DNA of 64,000 nt, taken from positions 1-64,000 of the forward strand of contig JBHLRS010000013.1 of NCBI GenBank assembly GCA_048882325.1, in the 5' to 3' direction. The DNA comes from Candidatus Thorarchaeota archaeon. GTDB lineage: Archaea > Asgardarchaeota > Thorarchaeia > Thorarchaeales > Thorarchaeaceae. Both the position numbers and the translations under genes were made by a program. Of the stretch, positions 20,205 through 30,408 are shown in pieces. Below the pieces are notes generated by a model that was not told the origin of the DNA, searched no databases, and saw only the letters and a list, made by a program, of their open reading frames with translations. How positions within the stretch are numbered: the first letter of the stretch is position 1; the number at the start of each line of letters is the position of its first letter.

Positions 20205-21152
20205 ATGGACGTGGCTGACACCTTGACAACGCAACAGGATGCAGTGCAGACTGCGAAGGCATTCGTGCCGGGACATGTCACAGGGATCTTTCGTATCTTC
20301 GACGAGTATGATGATCCCCTTCGTTGCGGATCTACAGGTGCAGGATTCTCAGTGACCATTGGAACAGTCACAACTGTGTCTGTGGTGGATCATCCGTCGC
20401 TAGAGATCACAACCGAATATAACAAAGAACGAGTAGATGCTAAAGTTACAAAGACGGTGATACAGAGATTGACTGAAGAATATGAAAAGACACTCAAGGT
20501 GCATGTTGAGCATAATTCTTCTCTTATCTCAGGAGCTGGTTTTGGAGCTTCAGGCGCAGGTGCCCTGGGAACAGCTCTTGCTCTCGGTCATCTCTTAGAC
20601 CCAAACATTACCTACAAGAATGCCGCTTCATTCGCACATATTGCAGAGATTGAGAATCACACTGGTCTTGGTGATGTTCTTGCACAAACCCTTGGTGGTA
20701 TAGAGGTAAGAGTTATGGCGGGAGGACCGGGTGTAGGGAAGATAAAGAATATCCTCTACCTGGACTCGCTTCGCGCAGTGCTTGCTGGGTCTTCCGGACT
20801 CAAGACAGCTGATGTTTTGACAAATCCTGAAAGCCGAGAACAGATCAATGCAATTGGAGACCATCTGATAGAGAGAATTATCGCAGACCCAACGATAGAG
20901 ACCTTTGTGGAGTCATCGAGAGCATTCTCTAATGAGATAGGTCTGAAGACAAAGAGAGTTGAAGATGCACTTGAAGAACTTGAAAGAGTAGGATTGATTG
21001 ACTCTAGCATGGTGATGCTCGGTGACTCAGTGTTCTGTCTTTGTGAAGAGAGTGATGCTTATGTGGCAGAGAGAATTCTCTCCAAATACTGGAACTCGAA
21101 TGAAGTATCAGTTTGTGGTATCGCCTTAGAGGGTGGGAGGCTACTCAAATGA
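20205..21152 (+). CDS. pok: Pantoate kinase (GHMP family)
   Basis: AFVPGHVTGIF, GSTGAG, GAGFGASGAGALG, AEI..TGLGDV, SMVMLGDSVF. Confidence 0.9.
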   Translation: MDVADTLTTQQDAVQTAKAFVPGHVTGIFRIFDEYDDPLRCGSTGAGFSVTIGTVTTVSVVDHPSLEITTEYNKERVDAKVTKTVIQRLTEEYEKTLKVHVEHNSSLISGAGFGASGAGALGTALALGHLLDPNITYKNAASFAHIAEIENHTGLGDVLAQTLGGIEVRVMAGGPGVGKIKNILYLDSLRAVLAGSSGLKTADVLTNPESREQINAIGDHLIERIIADPTIETFVESSRAFSNEIGLKTKRVEDALEELERVGLIDSSMVMLGDSVFCLCEESDAYVAERILSKYWNSNEVSVCGIALEGGRLLK

Positions 21153-21961
21153 CTAAGATTGAGATTCCGCCTAACCATCCACGACGTGTGTCTCTTGAAA
21201 CCCGTGAAGCAATTATTGAGGGATATGAAGCTAATGTAGTTGCTACGGCTGGTCTTTTGGCACATGGTCGAGGAGAGGCATTTGACTACTTGATTGGTGA
21301 GAAGACAAATGATCGTGCCAAGGACGCGATGAGAGCCGCTGTCGCAGCGATGCTTGCAGCGGATCATCCAGTAATCAGTGTGAACGGAAATATTAGCTCT
21401 CTAGTTCCTGAGGACTTGGTGGAGCTATCAGAGATTTGCACAGCGCCTCTAGAAATCAATCTATTCTACTACAGGAAAGAACGTGAGGATGCCATTAAGG
21501 ATGCCCTGCTAGCCGCGGGGGCAAAGCAAGTACTAGGCACGCACGACCGTCCTTCTGAGATTATTCCTGAGTTGAGTAGCAATCGTCGAAAAGTAGATCC
21601 TGAAGGAATTGGAGCTGGAGATGTGATTCTGGTTCCGCTTGAAGATGGTGACCGAACAGAGGCGTTGAAGGCAATTGGTAAGTTTGTCATTACAATAGAC
21701 CTCAATCCAATGAGCAGGACTGCAGTCTATTCTGACATTACGATTGTTGATAATGTTGTTAGAGCTCTTCCACTCATGGTAGAGCTAGCCCGAGAAATGA
21801 AGCAGCTTCCAAAAGAGGAACTTCGTGGGATTGCAGAAGGCTTTGATAATACTGAGAATCTTGCCATGTCAGTACACATAATAATGCAACATCTCGAGGC
21901 GAGTGTCAAGAATATTGGCAAATTGAGAGAGAAAATCAAAACCGGAGTTCAGAAAGAATGA
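21149..21961 (+). CDS. pps: Phosphopantothenate synthetase
   Basis: IPPNHPR..SL..RE, AHGRGEAFDYLIGE, SVNGN, VPLEDGDRTEAL, IDLNPMSRT. Confidence 0.95.
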   Translation: MTKIEIPPNHPRRVSLETREAIIEGYEANVVATAGLLAHGRGEAFDYLIGEKTNDRAKDAMRAAVAAMLAADHPVISVNGNISSLVPEDLVELSEICTAPLEINLFYYRKEREDAIKDALLAAGAKQVLGTHDRPSEIIPELSSNRRKVDPEGIGAGDVILVPLEDGDRTEALKAIGKFVITIDLNPMSRTAVYSDITIVDNVVRALPLMVELAREMKQLPKEELRGIAEGFDNTENLAMSVHIIMQHLEASVKNIGKLREKIKTGVQKE

Positions 21962-22944
21962 AAATAGTTGTTGTGGGGTCAGGAGCAATCGGAAGTTTGT
22001 ACGGTGCATTCCTGAGTAGACTAGAGGAAACCGAGGTCATTCTGGTAGGACGAAACCCTCATGTTTCAGCCATCCAAAAGAGGGGGCTAACTATCAAAGG
22101 CCTTCTTGGTAAACATGTCTTTAAGTTGAAGGCATTGAGGTTTGCGTCTGATGTAGACTATGCAGACCTTGTCATACTCACAACAAAGACCTATGATACA
22201 CTCGCTGCAGCAAAGAGCGCAAAACATCTCATTGACTCTGGTGCCTCAGTGCTCATTATCCAGAACGGTCTGGGAACGGAAGACCTTGTTGCCAAAGCCC
22301 TAAACACAACTAAAGTTCTCAGAGCTACAACCTGTATGGGTGCGCTAAGAACTTCACCCGGAGTTGTAACTGCTACAGGTTGTGGACTTACAGAGATAGG
22401 TTCACGGTATCCAGAGAATTACAAACTTGTCGAGAAACTCACAGAGATGATGCGGAAAGCTGGTTTTGATGTACGCTCAAGTGACAATATAGAAGGGGTT
22501 GTTTGGACAAAGACCCTTGTGAACTGTGGGATTAATCCTGTAGGAGCGCTCACAGGTCTGACTAATGGCGAGGTTTACAATAACAAGGCGCTTCGAGGAC
22601 TGATTGTCCGACTGGTAGAGGAAGCGGTTCAAGTCGTCGAAGCGTTGGGTGTAGAACTCACAACTGATGATCCTGTTAGATACGCTCTTGGGACTGCAAA
22701 GGCGACAGGTGACAACATCAATTCTATGTTACAGGACCTTCAGGCTGGAAAGCGGACCGAGATAGATTCGATAACTGGAGAAGTCATTCGACTGGCAAAA
22801 GAACTAGGTATAGAAACTCCATCAAGTGAAGCAGTCTACGCATTAGTGAAAGCTCTCGAATCGAAGTATATTGAGGGAGGAGAGAGGCTCAGAGAAGAGG
22901 ACATTCTTGCAGTTGATGACCTTGTTGAGGCAATAACCAGGTGA
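21958..22944 (+). CDS. panE: Ketopantoate (2-dehydropantoate) reductase
   Basis: GSGAIG, QNGLG, WTKTLVNCGINP, SMLQD..GKRTEID. Confidence 0.92.
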   Translation: MKIVVVGSGAIGSLYGAFLSRLEETEVILVGRNPHVSAIQKRGLTIKGLLGKHVFKLKALRFASDVDYADLVILTTKTYDTLAAAKSAKHLIDSGASVLIIQNGLGTEDLVAKALNTTKVLRATTCMGALRTSPGVVTATGCGLTEIGSRYPENYKLVEKLTEMMRKAGFDVRSSDNIEGVVWTKTLVNCGINPVGALTGLTNGEVYNNKALRGLIVRLVEEAVQVVEALGVELTTDDPVRYALGTAKATGDNINSMLQDLQAGKRTEIDSITGEVIRLAKELGIETPSSEAVYALVKALESKYIEGGERLREEDILAVDDLVEAITR

Positions 22945-24191
22945 ATGATTTGATAGAGCACACTTCCAAGCTCATCAAAGGAAGTCTGAGTAACCTACTC
23001 GACGGAAAGAAAATCGCACTTGGTATTACGGGAAGTGTAGGGGCGGTAGAATGCGTTGCCCTAGCAAGGAAACTGATGCGACATGGAGCAGAAATCATAA
23101 CAGTGATGAGCCAAATGGCTCAGACTATCATTCATCCCTATCTCATGGAGTGGGCAACAGGCAATCCCGTCATCACAGAGCTAACAGGTCAGATAGAACA
23201 TGTAACACTCGCAGGTAAACACAAGGACCACGTAGACCTACTTTTGATCGCGCCATCAACGGCCAATACTATAGGCAAGATTGCAAATGGTATTGATGAC
23301 ACTCCTGTCACTACAACAGCATCTTCAGCCATAGGAGCAGGCATACCAGTCGTCATAGTACCAGCGATGCATGAGTCAATGTACGATCATCCTGCGGTCA
23401 TAGAGAATATCGAGAAGCTAAAAGGAATGGGAATCACAGTTGTTTCTCCACGAATGGAGGAAGCAAAGGCAAAGATTCCAGCAGTTGATACTATCGTGGA
23501 CCAAGTGCTAGCAATTCTAGGTCCAAGGGATCTTGATGGAAAACACTTTATTGTCACAGCTGGACCAACGAGAGGGTGGATTGATAGAGTTCGGTTCATC
23601 ACAAATCCATCTACAGGAAAGATGGGAATCGCGATTGCTGAGGAGCTGCTTCGTCGCGGAGCGACGGTGAGTCTTGTTCTTGGGCCCACATCGGAATCAG
23701 GACCTGATCTTGCAGATATTCACAAGGTGGCGACATCTGAGGAGATGCTTCAAGCTGTTTTGTCAGAACTTTCTTCTCGAAAGACAGATGGATTTGTTTC
23801 TGCTGCGGCTGTTCTTGATTACACTCCTGCAACAAAGGAGGACAGTAAACTAGCGTCAGGTTCAGAGAGTCTGAGTGTTAAGCTTGTCCCCACCAAAAAG
23901 ATAATCGAAGAAGCTAGGAGTGCCTACAAGGACCTTTTCATTGTTGGATTCAAGGTTGAGTCGGGGGTCAGTGACGATGAACTAGCATCCAGAGCGAGAA
24001 CTAAAATCGACGCTGGAATATGTGATATCGTCGTGGCCAATGATGAACAAAGAAAGGGGGTTGCTTTTGGCACAGACACCAATGCAGTCATGATTGTTGG
24101 TCCTGCTGAATACACAAAGAGTTATGATCTAGCCCCTAAGAGAGAAATAGCTCGTCATATCGTGGACGAAATAATCCAGAGGATGACATAA
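22941..24191 (+). CDS. coaBC: Bifunctional phosphopantothenoylcysteine decarboxylase/synthetase
   Basis: GITGSVGA, APSTANTIGKIANGIDD, PAMH..M, TAGPT...DRVRFITNPSTGKMG, AAAVLDY, VGFKVE, VAND. Confidence 0.95.
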   Translation: MNDLIEHTSKLIKGSLSNLLDGKKIALGITGSVGAVECVALARKLMRHGAEIITVMSQMAQTIIHPYLMEWATGNPVITELTGQIEHVTLAGKHKDHVDLLLIAPSTANTIGKIANGIDDTPVTTTASSAIGAGIPVVIVPAMHESMYDHPAVIENIEKLKGMGITVVSPRMEEAKAKIPAVDTIVDQVLAILGPRDLDGKHFIVTAGPTRGWIDRVRFITNPSTGKMGIAIAEELLRRGATVSLVLGPTSESGPDLADIHKVATSEEMLQAVLSELSSRKTDGFVSAAAVLDYTPATKEDSKLASGSESLSVKLVPTKKIIEEARSAYKDLFIVGFKVESGVSDDELASRARTKIDAGICDIVVANDEQRKGVAFGTDTNAVMIVGPAEYTKSYDLAPKREIARHIVDEIIQRMT

Positions 24192-24201
24192 CGCAGGTGA
24201 C

Positions 24202-24564
24202 TCAGAGTATCTCCAGAAGTGACTCAGCCATTCGCCGCATATCAACAAAGATGAGCCCTATCTGTGCATCCGCTTTTGCGAGGACAAGAAAGAGTGCGTT
24301 CTCGCCCACAGAAGTAAGTAAGGTGTATCCGCGATCACTTTTAACATAAATCTCCATGAGGTTGCCTCGGTCCAATTCGTTTGTGGCCTTCTCTCCCAAT
24401 GACAACAATGCTGCACTAATTGCTGCAACTCGTTCTTGTTCAGCTTCTGGTAGAGCAGAAGAAATCATGAGTCCATCAGCTGACACAAGAGCTGCACCTT
24501 CAACACCTGGTACAGTTTCGAAATCACGAATTATTTTGTTGATGCTATCAACACGACTGGACAT
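24202..24564 (-). CDS. Roadblock/LC7 (MglB-like) protein
   Basis: VEGAALVSADGLMISS, RVAAISAALLSLGEKA, GLIFVDMRR. Confidence 0.92.
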   Translation of the reverse strand: MSSRVDSINKIIRDFETVPGVEGAALVSADGLMISSALPEAEQERVAAISAALLSLGEKATNELDRGNLMEIYVKSDRGYTLLTSVGENALFLVLAKADAQIGLIFVDMRRMAESLLEIL

Positions 24565-24667
24565 ACTTGCACCCTCTGGCAATCCGAACAAACGCTAGTC
24601 TGTGGCCACTCTATAATAACTTATTGCATTACAGGGATTTGAGGCAATTCATGTTCATTGATATTCA

Positions 24668-27600
24668 CTAGACACCAAAGTACTCTTTGACATCAGATTT
24701 GCTGTCCTCTTTCCGTCGCTTGGCTTCCCTCTTTCTCTCATCGGGTGTGCGCTCTCGTTTCCAATCAATACTATCGCCGCGCCTCCTGCGCAGGTAGATC
24801 CATCCACCAACAACAACAGCTACCACTCCACCTAGGACTCCAAGAATAAGAACTGGGAATGGTCGAATGAGGATGAAGTTCTCCAATGTGAGAGTGAGTG
24901 TGTCATATCCATTCATATGTCCGAGGATATGCAAGTCTAGCTCACCTAGGTTTGCGCGGGTCCATGCTGCATCCAAGTTAAGGATATAGTATCCTTCTCC
25001 CATTTCAAGAGGTGTGATTCCAGTTGTGTTTAACCAAGCAGAAAGACTGACAGACTCAATATAATTACCAACCTGATCAGTGAGCCTAAGGAGAATATCG
25101 ACTCGATCACCCGCCCAGATAATCTCTTGACTTAATGATATCTCACTCAAGATGATTGATGGTGTACTGCTCCAGGAGATAGAATTCTCAAGAGTAGCTA
25201 CATCACTAGGGAGTGTTGTCGTGAGAGCAACCTTGCCAGATCCCACCGCCCCTGCAACAATGACAGGATCTACCCCATCTGTGGCTACGATGGAAAGATT
25301 CTCCCAGACTGATGAGAAGTGACCGGAGTAATCTACTGTCGGGCTGAGGGAGTTGGGACTTATCATCAATGGATGTGTTGCATCCTCAATAGTAATCGAT
25401 GTTCCAGTTCCACTGGCATCATACGAGATTGGCCATGGGAACCATGGAATGGATTGAGTCACACCAAAGACTATCAAGACACCACCATCTCTGACATAAG
25501 CCTCAAAAGCCCCACTTGAGGAAGAAAGGCTAGAGCTTAGGTCACTCAAGGTATCCGGTTCTACAATTACAAGCTGACGCAGCGGTAGGAGTTGAAGGAA
25601 CTCTGTATAGTTAGAAGACTCGTAGTACTCGTAGCTTGCACCCAAACCAGCCAGACTAGTTGGAAGGTATGAGGAAACCCCAAGTGCAGCTACAGCTCGA
25701 ATCCCCTGTCCAGGTTCGTGGGTGTCAAATGGCACATCTGTTGGATCTACTGATGAAACATGAGGAGAGGTTGCAGGCTCGTATAGTCGAATCGATGGAT
25801 CACCAAAGAGGACCTGTTGGTTTCCATAGTCACGAGGATCACGACCAACCAGTGGATCGGAATAATCAGCAGATGTGAGACTAAGACCGATAGAGAGTGC
25901 ATCGCCAACTGTATTACCCTCGGAGAGCTCTTGAGCCAAAACTACTGAAAGCATACCTGCTGCTTGGAAGTAAACTGTTCGAGGAGCGGCGGTAACTGCC
26001 ACGGCTCCATGTTCCATCAACATCAAAGGCATTTCGGTTCCTCCAAGGAGACAGGCTGTGAGAATCACAATAGGACTACCGATGTTGCCAATAGATGCTT
26101 CCAGTTCATCCGTTGACTTTACAACATGGTTCGATACTTCGGGAAATGCAACTGGATTGACCAGATGGTTCGAGTCTGTGGGACTTTCTCGAGTGGTTAG
26201 ACTATCTTCAAATCCATATGGTGCATCTGCGGTTCTCAATGAGATATACCCCACACCATACGGTCTATCAGGTGGGTCTCGAGGCAGCTTTGTCAGTGTT
26301 CCATGTGTGCTAAGTGACCATAGGGCAATTTGTGAATCAAGAGTGTCAAAGACCTCATTCTGTCCCACATGCTGCTCTATGAGAAAACCAGCAGAACCGA
26401 GGGCATCAGTAGTGTTATCAAGTTGGACTAACAGATGGGTGTCCAAATTGTTATCCCAGTATATTTCGCCATCAGTATAGGCATACATACTCACGAGAGC
26501 AGTGTCAGCCTCATCGGCCTGAAGGAAGAGAAACCTGTGGAGGAGGCCTCTGTTAATGAGAATAGAAGTCAAGGCAGGTGTTGTCGCAGGAATTCGCCCT
26601 GGACTGAAATGGGATTGAAGTGATCTATCAAAGCTCAGTGGTATTAGAGAAACAGGTGAAACGACAACTACAGGCTGATTCATTGTTGTGTTGTAAGCAC
26701 CACGTGAGATGAGAAACGACTCAAATGATCCCTCTGATTCCATCATTGAGAACTTGTTCGGAATCCTTTCATCGTACCAACCATTTTCTGCTCGGTTCTC
26801 GTACTTGTGAATAACGTAGATGTTGTCGATTTCCGGACCTATCATATATGGGGCCCAGGTTTCTTGTGCGAGTGTAGTTAGCTCATTTGAGTTCCCACAG
26901 AGAGAGAATACTGGACTCCCGTGAGCTGCAGCTGAGAATGCAGCAGGAGCAAAGAATTCGTCCCCATCACCTGTAGGAATAGAAACCACAATGTCGTGTG
27001 ATCCTGAGAGGGACTTAATCATTGAGGTCATTCCAGAATAACTCACAATATTATTGAGAGTCCCATATGCAGCAAGTAAAGCAGCTAGTCCTGCGTCTTG
27101 ATGATTGGTTGGGTCGATAAGATAGACATCCGTAACACCAAGATAGTTGAGAGCCCAAGATGTTTCAGCTGGGATTGTGTCTTCATAGACATACAATAAC
27201 GGAGCATTGAGGAGAGAGGCCAAGACAGCAGCATTTGATGCAGACTCCATGTATGTCTGAATATCTGCATCAATTCTAGAGATTGCCCAAGAAAGCTCGA
27301 TGTTATTCTGTTCCAGAGTTGCATCCATCCAAGCTGCAATGATAGTCCAATCTCCAGCCTTGGGATAAGGGAGTTCAATTTCTTCTTGCCCGGGATTTGA
27401 TAAGATACTTCCAGCAGGGGCCCACATTGCTAGTCTCCCATCTGGGTCGATAAGAGCAAGATTTAGGTTAGTTGCAGCGTTATCCCAAAGAAGTGATACA
27501 TTCAACCACTTAGCGTTTGCAGGAACCAATACAGATTGTGTATATCCAGGATGATAGAGAACTTCATTATCCATGTTCGTCGTACCACTGATATCACGGG

Positions 27601-28465
27601 TGAGGTTCATGGTCCAGACCCCATCTGAGGTCTTAGGGAACCAAAAATTCAGAGGAACTGGAGTAACTACATAACCGACTTGTCTTGAGAAAAAGACTTG
27701 GTTTATAACAGAATAATCGACTATCACGCCATTTGGATCAATAAGTTCATGTGTCAGTAGCTCATCACCGGTCCAATTGAACCTTCCTTCAATCCAACCC
27801 GCCCATGCAGGAGGAGTGAAGCTGATGCTCGAAGGAGCGCCATATGTGACAGTTCCACCGAACTCTGATAATTCCGAAGCTTGATTTTGAAATGTGTAAG
27901 TTGCACTGCCAGTAGTGACTATTGGAGAACCAAACTCATCTTTTAGGAGAGCTACAACTGCAGTTGAACTTGACCGCCATTCGTTCATTGCAAGTAGTGA
28001 AGCGATCTCAGCAGCGGAACTTCCTCTGATTCGTGGATAGATCTTTGTTCCCAAGTCAAACTGAAGTTGAGTCAGTTCACTCTCTGTGAAATCACCAACA
28101 GCAATTGCCTGTGCAACTCCTCCGTCGGTTTCTAGATACTGAGACCAATCCTCCAAGAGCCAGGATTCACTCTGTGAGCCCTCACTATAGATGAGGGGTG
28201 ATATGTACTGGGTGTTGTTATGGTAGAAGATTGATGTCGGGACTGTGGCCATGTATGCAAACTCATCCATGTATGAATTAGGATCGGGAGCAACGAAAGC
28301 AACCCGTGATAGTGGAACTTGATCTGTTGGAACGTCACTCAGAGTGTGACTAGGTGAAATAGAAACAGTTCCTGAGTTGATGAAAGATTCAGTGATTGGA
28401 CCCAGTGTTCCTATCATGAGAACTACTAGAAGAATCGAGAGCATCTTTTTCCTAGAATTGGTCAT
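24668..28465 (-). CDS. Large surface-anchored protein: CWB2-like repeats, PPC-like beta domains, peptidase C25 (gingipain)-like domain, C-terminal TM anchor
   Basis: Signal peptide; RIRGSSAAEIASLLA and NAAVLASLLNAPLLYV repeats; NLNLALIDPDG; STHG...LTAC dyad and QVLFGDPSIRL; TM followed by RRRR. Confidence 0.6.
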   Translation of the reverse strand: MTNSRKKMLSILLVVLMIGTLGPITESFINSGTVSISPSHTLSDVPTDQVPLSRVAFVAPDPNSYMDEFAYMATVPTSIFYHNNTQYISPLIYSEGSQSESWLLEDWSQYLETDGGVAQAIAVGDFTESELTQLQFDLGTKIYPRIRGSSAAEIASLLAMNEWRSSSTAVVALLKDEFGSPIVTTGSATYTFQNQASELSEFGGTVTYGAPSSISFTPPAWAGWIEGRFNWTGDELLTHELIDPNGVIVDYSVINQVFFSRQVGYVVTPVPLNFWFPKTSDGVWTMNLTRDISGTTNMDNEVLYHPGYTQSVLVPANAKWLNVSLLWDNAATNLNLALIDPDGRLAMWAPAGSILSNPGQEEIELPYPKAGDWTIIAAWMDATLEQNNIELSWAISRIDADIQTYMESASNAAVLASLLNAPLLYVYEDTIPAETSWALNYLGVTDVYLIDPTNHQDAGLAALLAAYGTLNNIVSYSGMTSMIKSLSGSHDIVVSIPTGDGDEFFAPAAFSAAAHGSPVFSLCGNSNELTTLAQETWAPYMIGPEIDNIYVIHKYENRAENGWYDERIPNKFSMMESEGSFESFLISRGAYNTTMNQPVVVVSPVSLIPLSFDRSLQSHFSPGRIPATTPALTSILINRGLLHRFLFLQADEADTALVSMYAYTDGEIYWDNNLDTHLLVQLDNTTDALGSAGFLIEQHVGQNEVFDTLDSQIALWSLSTHGTLTKLPRDPPDRPYGVGYISLRTADAPYGFEDSLTTRESPTDSNHLVNPVAFPEVSNHVVKSTDELEASIGNIGSPIVILTACLLGGTEMPLMLMEHGAVAVTAAPRTVYFQAAGMLSVVLAQELSEGNTVGDALSIGLSLTSADYSDPLVGRDPRDYGNQQVLFGDPSIRLYEPATSPHVSSVDPTDVPFDTHEPGQGIRAVAALGVSSYLPTSLAGLGASYEYYESSNYTEFLQLLPLRQLVIVEPDTLSDLSSSLSSSSGAFEAYVRDGGVLIVFGVTQSIPWFPWPISYDASGTGTSITIEDATHPLMISPNSLSPTVDYSGHFSSVWENLSIVATDGVDPVIVAGAVGSGKVALTTTLPSDVATLENSISWSSTPSIILSEISLSQEIIWAGDRVDILLRLTDQVGNYIESVSLSAWLNTTGITPLEMGEGYYILNLDAAWTRANLGELDLHILGHMNGYDTLTLTLENFILIRPFPVLILGVLGGVVAVVVGGWIYLRRRRGDSIDWKRERTPDERKREAKRRKEDSKSDVKEYFGV

Positions 28466-28563
28466 ACGGGCGCACTCCGATAGAATTCAACATGATGACG
28501 AATTCTATGTAAATAGAGTTTTCCTGTGGAAAGCAATAAAGAATATGATATGGAGTGATTAGC

Positions 28564-29421
28564 TTAATCTTCCTGAAACTCAAGCAGATCCTCATCAAAC
28601 TCCTCATCATCATCATCAGATTCAGTTTCTTCAGGTAGCGCGTCAATGAGTTCATCAATCACACGACGTAGTCTCCTACGAGTGCTCTTGGGAACATCCC
28701 ACATTTTTTGTTCAGCTCGTTCCAAAACCTCTCGTGCAATATCATAGATTTCAGAGTCATAGTAGTTCTGTGCGGCTTCCACAAAGAGTTCAGCTGCTTT
28801 TTTCTGGTTCCCTGCAGTTTCTGCAATATCACCTAGGAGTGAACAAGCATCAGCGACTCCAGATTTATCATCAATCTCTCGATAGACCTTTAGAGCCTTC
28901 TTGATTGTGGTTTCAGCAGTTGTCCAATCCTCTTTATCAACGTAGGCAGCGCCCATGTCCATAATCACACTTGCCACACCTTGTTCATTTTCAAGTGATT
29001 TGTATGCTTTTTGGGCTTTCTTGAAGTGATCCATGGCAGTATCAAAACTGCCATGTCCTAGACTTGCCAATGCAAGACCATACAAGGCATCAGCTGCACC
29101 GCTGTCGTTGGATGACTTCTCAAACATCTTTCTTGCTGACTCAAGTGTGGAAATGGCTTCATCCCATTGTTCAAGATTAATCTGTGCGACCCCAAGGTTG
29201 TACATTGTGTCACAAATACCAGTTTCATCCTTCAAATCCTGATAGATCTTTAATGAGTCCTCGAAGCACTTGTGAGCCTCCTCAAATTCAGCGACTGACA
29301 TGTAGATGTTTCCAACAGCATTGAACATCTTTGCAGCAGTATCATTGTCTCCAGCCTCTAGTGCGGCTTGTGCCTGTTCCAATAACTCAGCCGGGTCCAT
29401 GTCTTCGATGTCATCACTCAT
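28564..29421 (-). CDS. Tetratricopeptide repeat protein with acidic tail
   Basis: About 40-aa TPR units (A..Y.LG......YDEA...F.KAL.IY); DE-rich C-terminus. Confidence 0.85.
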   Translation of the reverse strand: MSDDIEDMDPAELLEQAQAALEAGDNDTAAKMFNAVGNIYMSVAEFEEAHKCFEDSLKIYQDLKDETGICDTMYNLGVAQINLEQWDEAISTLESARKMFEKSSNDSGAADALYGLALASLGHGSFDTAMDHFKKAQKAYKSLENEQGVASVIMDMGAAYVDKEDWTTAETTIKKALKVYREIDDKSGVADACSLLGDIAETAGNQKKAAELFVEAAQNYYDSEIYDIAREVLERAEQKMWDVPKSTRRRLRRVIDELIDALPEETESDDDDEEFDEDLLEFQED

Positions 29422-29543
29422 TTGGCTCACCTGCAAATATCAACGGTGGCGGCCTATATCGCTTTTGATTCTTTCTGAACGACTCAAACGATGTAGACGT
29501 GTACATAAGTAAAGCGCGGATTCAAGAAAACTAATTTGAAATA

Positions 29544-30284
29544 TTAGCGAGGCATCAGCAAAACTGGATTCTCGAGTAGTGGGCGTACTGCATCCTTCAC
29601 CATAAACTGTTCATCACCCACTTGAACCTCTAGGAGTTTTCTAAGTTCAAACCTGCGAAGATATCCGACAGCTTGGTCTCGTTCTAAGTTAAGATCCTTC
29701 ATCATCTTGCTTAGCCCTTTCTTGTCACCACTGAATTCAGCGAATTTTCCAAAGACTGAACTCCATTGCATCATTACTAGATACAGCAATGTACGAAGCA
29801 TGCTGTCAACATTTTCACCAGTCTTTGCTGATACAGGGAAGACTGGGAGTCCTGCAAGAAACCGAAGGTTCTTTCTTAGTTGGTCAATTGGTCTTGACTC
29901 AGGAATATCTTGCTTGTTTGCGGCCACTACACATGGCACACCAGGTAGGAAGAATGCAATCTCCCTGAAGAATAGCTTTGCTCTAGCATCAGATTCAGGG
30001 TCAACTGAATCTACTACAAAGATTATACCATCAGCTCCTTCACTGAGAATCTTTCTCATTGTGCGAAAACGAAGTAGACCCGGGGTTCCAAACATAAAGA
30101 CGTTTAACCCATCTACATTTGCTAGACCGTGATCCATAGCTATTGTAGTACCCCTACGTTCAACATTGATACATTGGCCATTGGTGATATGATGAATCAT
30201 CTGGCTCTTACCAGCTTCATAGGGACCTGTAACGACTATCTTCATTCGACCACCAAATTCTAACTCCGAATCAGTGTGTTTCAA
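29544..30284 (-). CDS. MglA group-2 / conservon-type small GTPase with C-terminal wHTH-like region
   Basis: GPYEAGKS, TTIAMDHG, FGTPGLLRF, NKQD, SAKTG. Confidence 0.8.
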   Translation of the reverse strand: MKHTDSELEFGGRMKIVVTGPYEAGKSQMIHHITNGQCINVERRGTTIAMDHGLANVDGLNVFMFGTPGLLRFRTMRKILSEGADGIIFVVDSVDPESDARAKLFFREIAFFLPGVPCVVAANKQDIPESRPIDQLRKNLRFLAGLPVFPVSAKTGENVDSMLRTLLYLVMMQWSSVFGKFAEFSGDKKGLSKMMKDLNLERDQAVGYLRRFELRKLLEVQVGDEQFMVKDAVRPLLENPVLLMPR

Positions 30285-30408
30285 GTATTCTGCTGCTCAT
30301 TATAAGGTTTGTAGTGCTATTATCGGTCTAACAACTTCCGGCGCCACAATGCATGTTTCAGACACTAATTTCATTGAATTGCGCAATTTGAGAGAACAGA
30401 GTAGGATG

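Noticed and set aside
30330-30375. Second SECIS candidate (AUGA..AAA) downstream of selD
   Set aside because: Stem pairing is poor and there is no correctly placed 3' GA.
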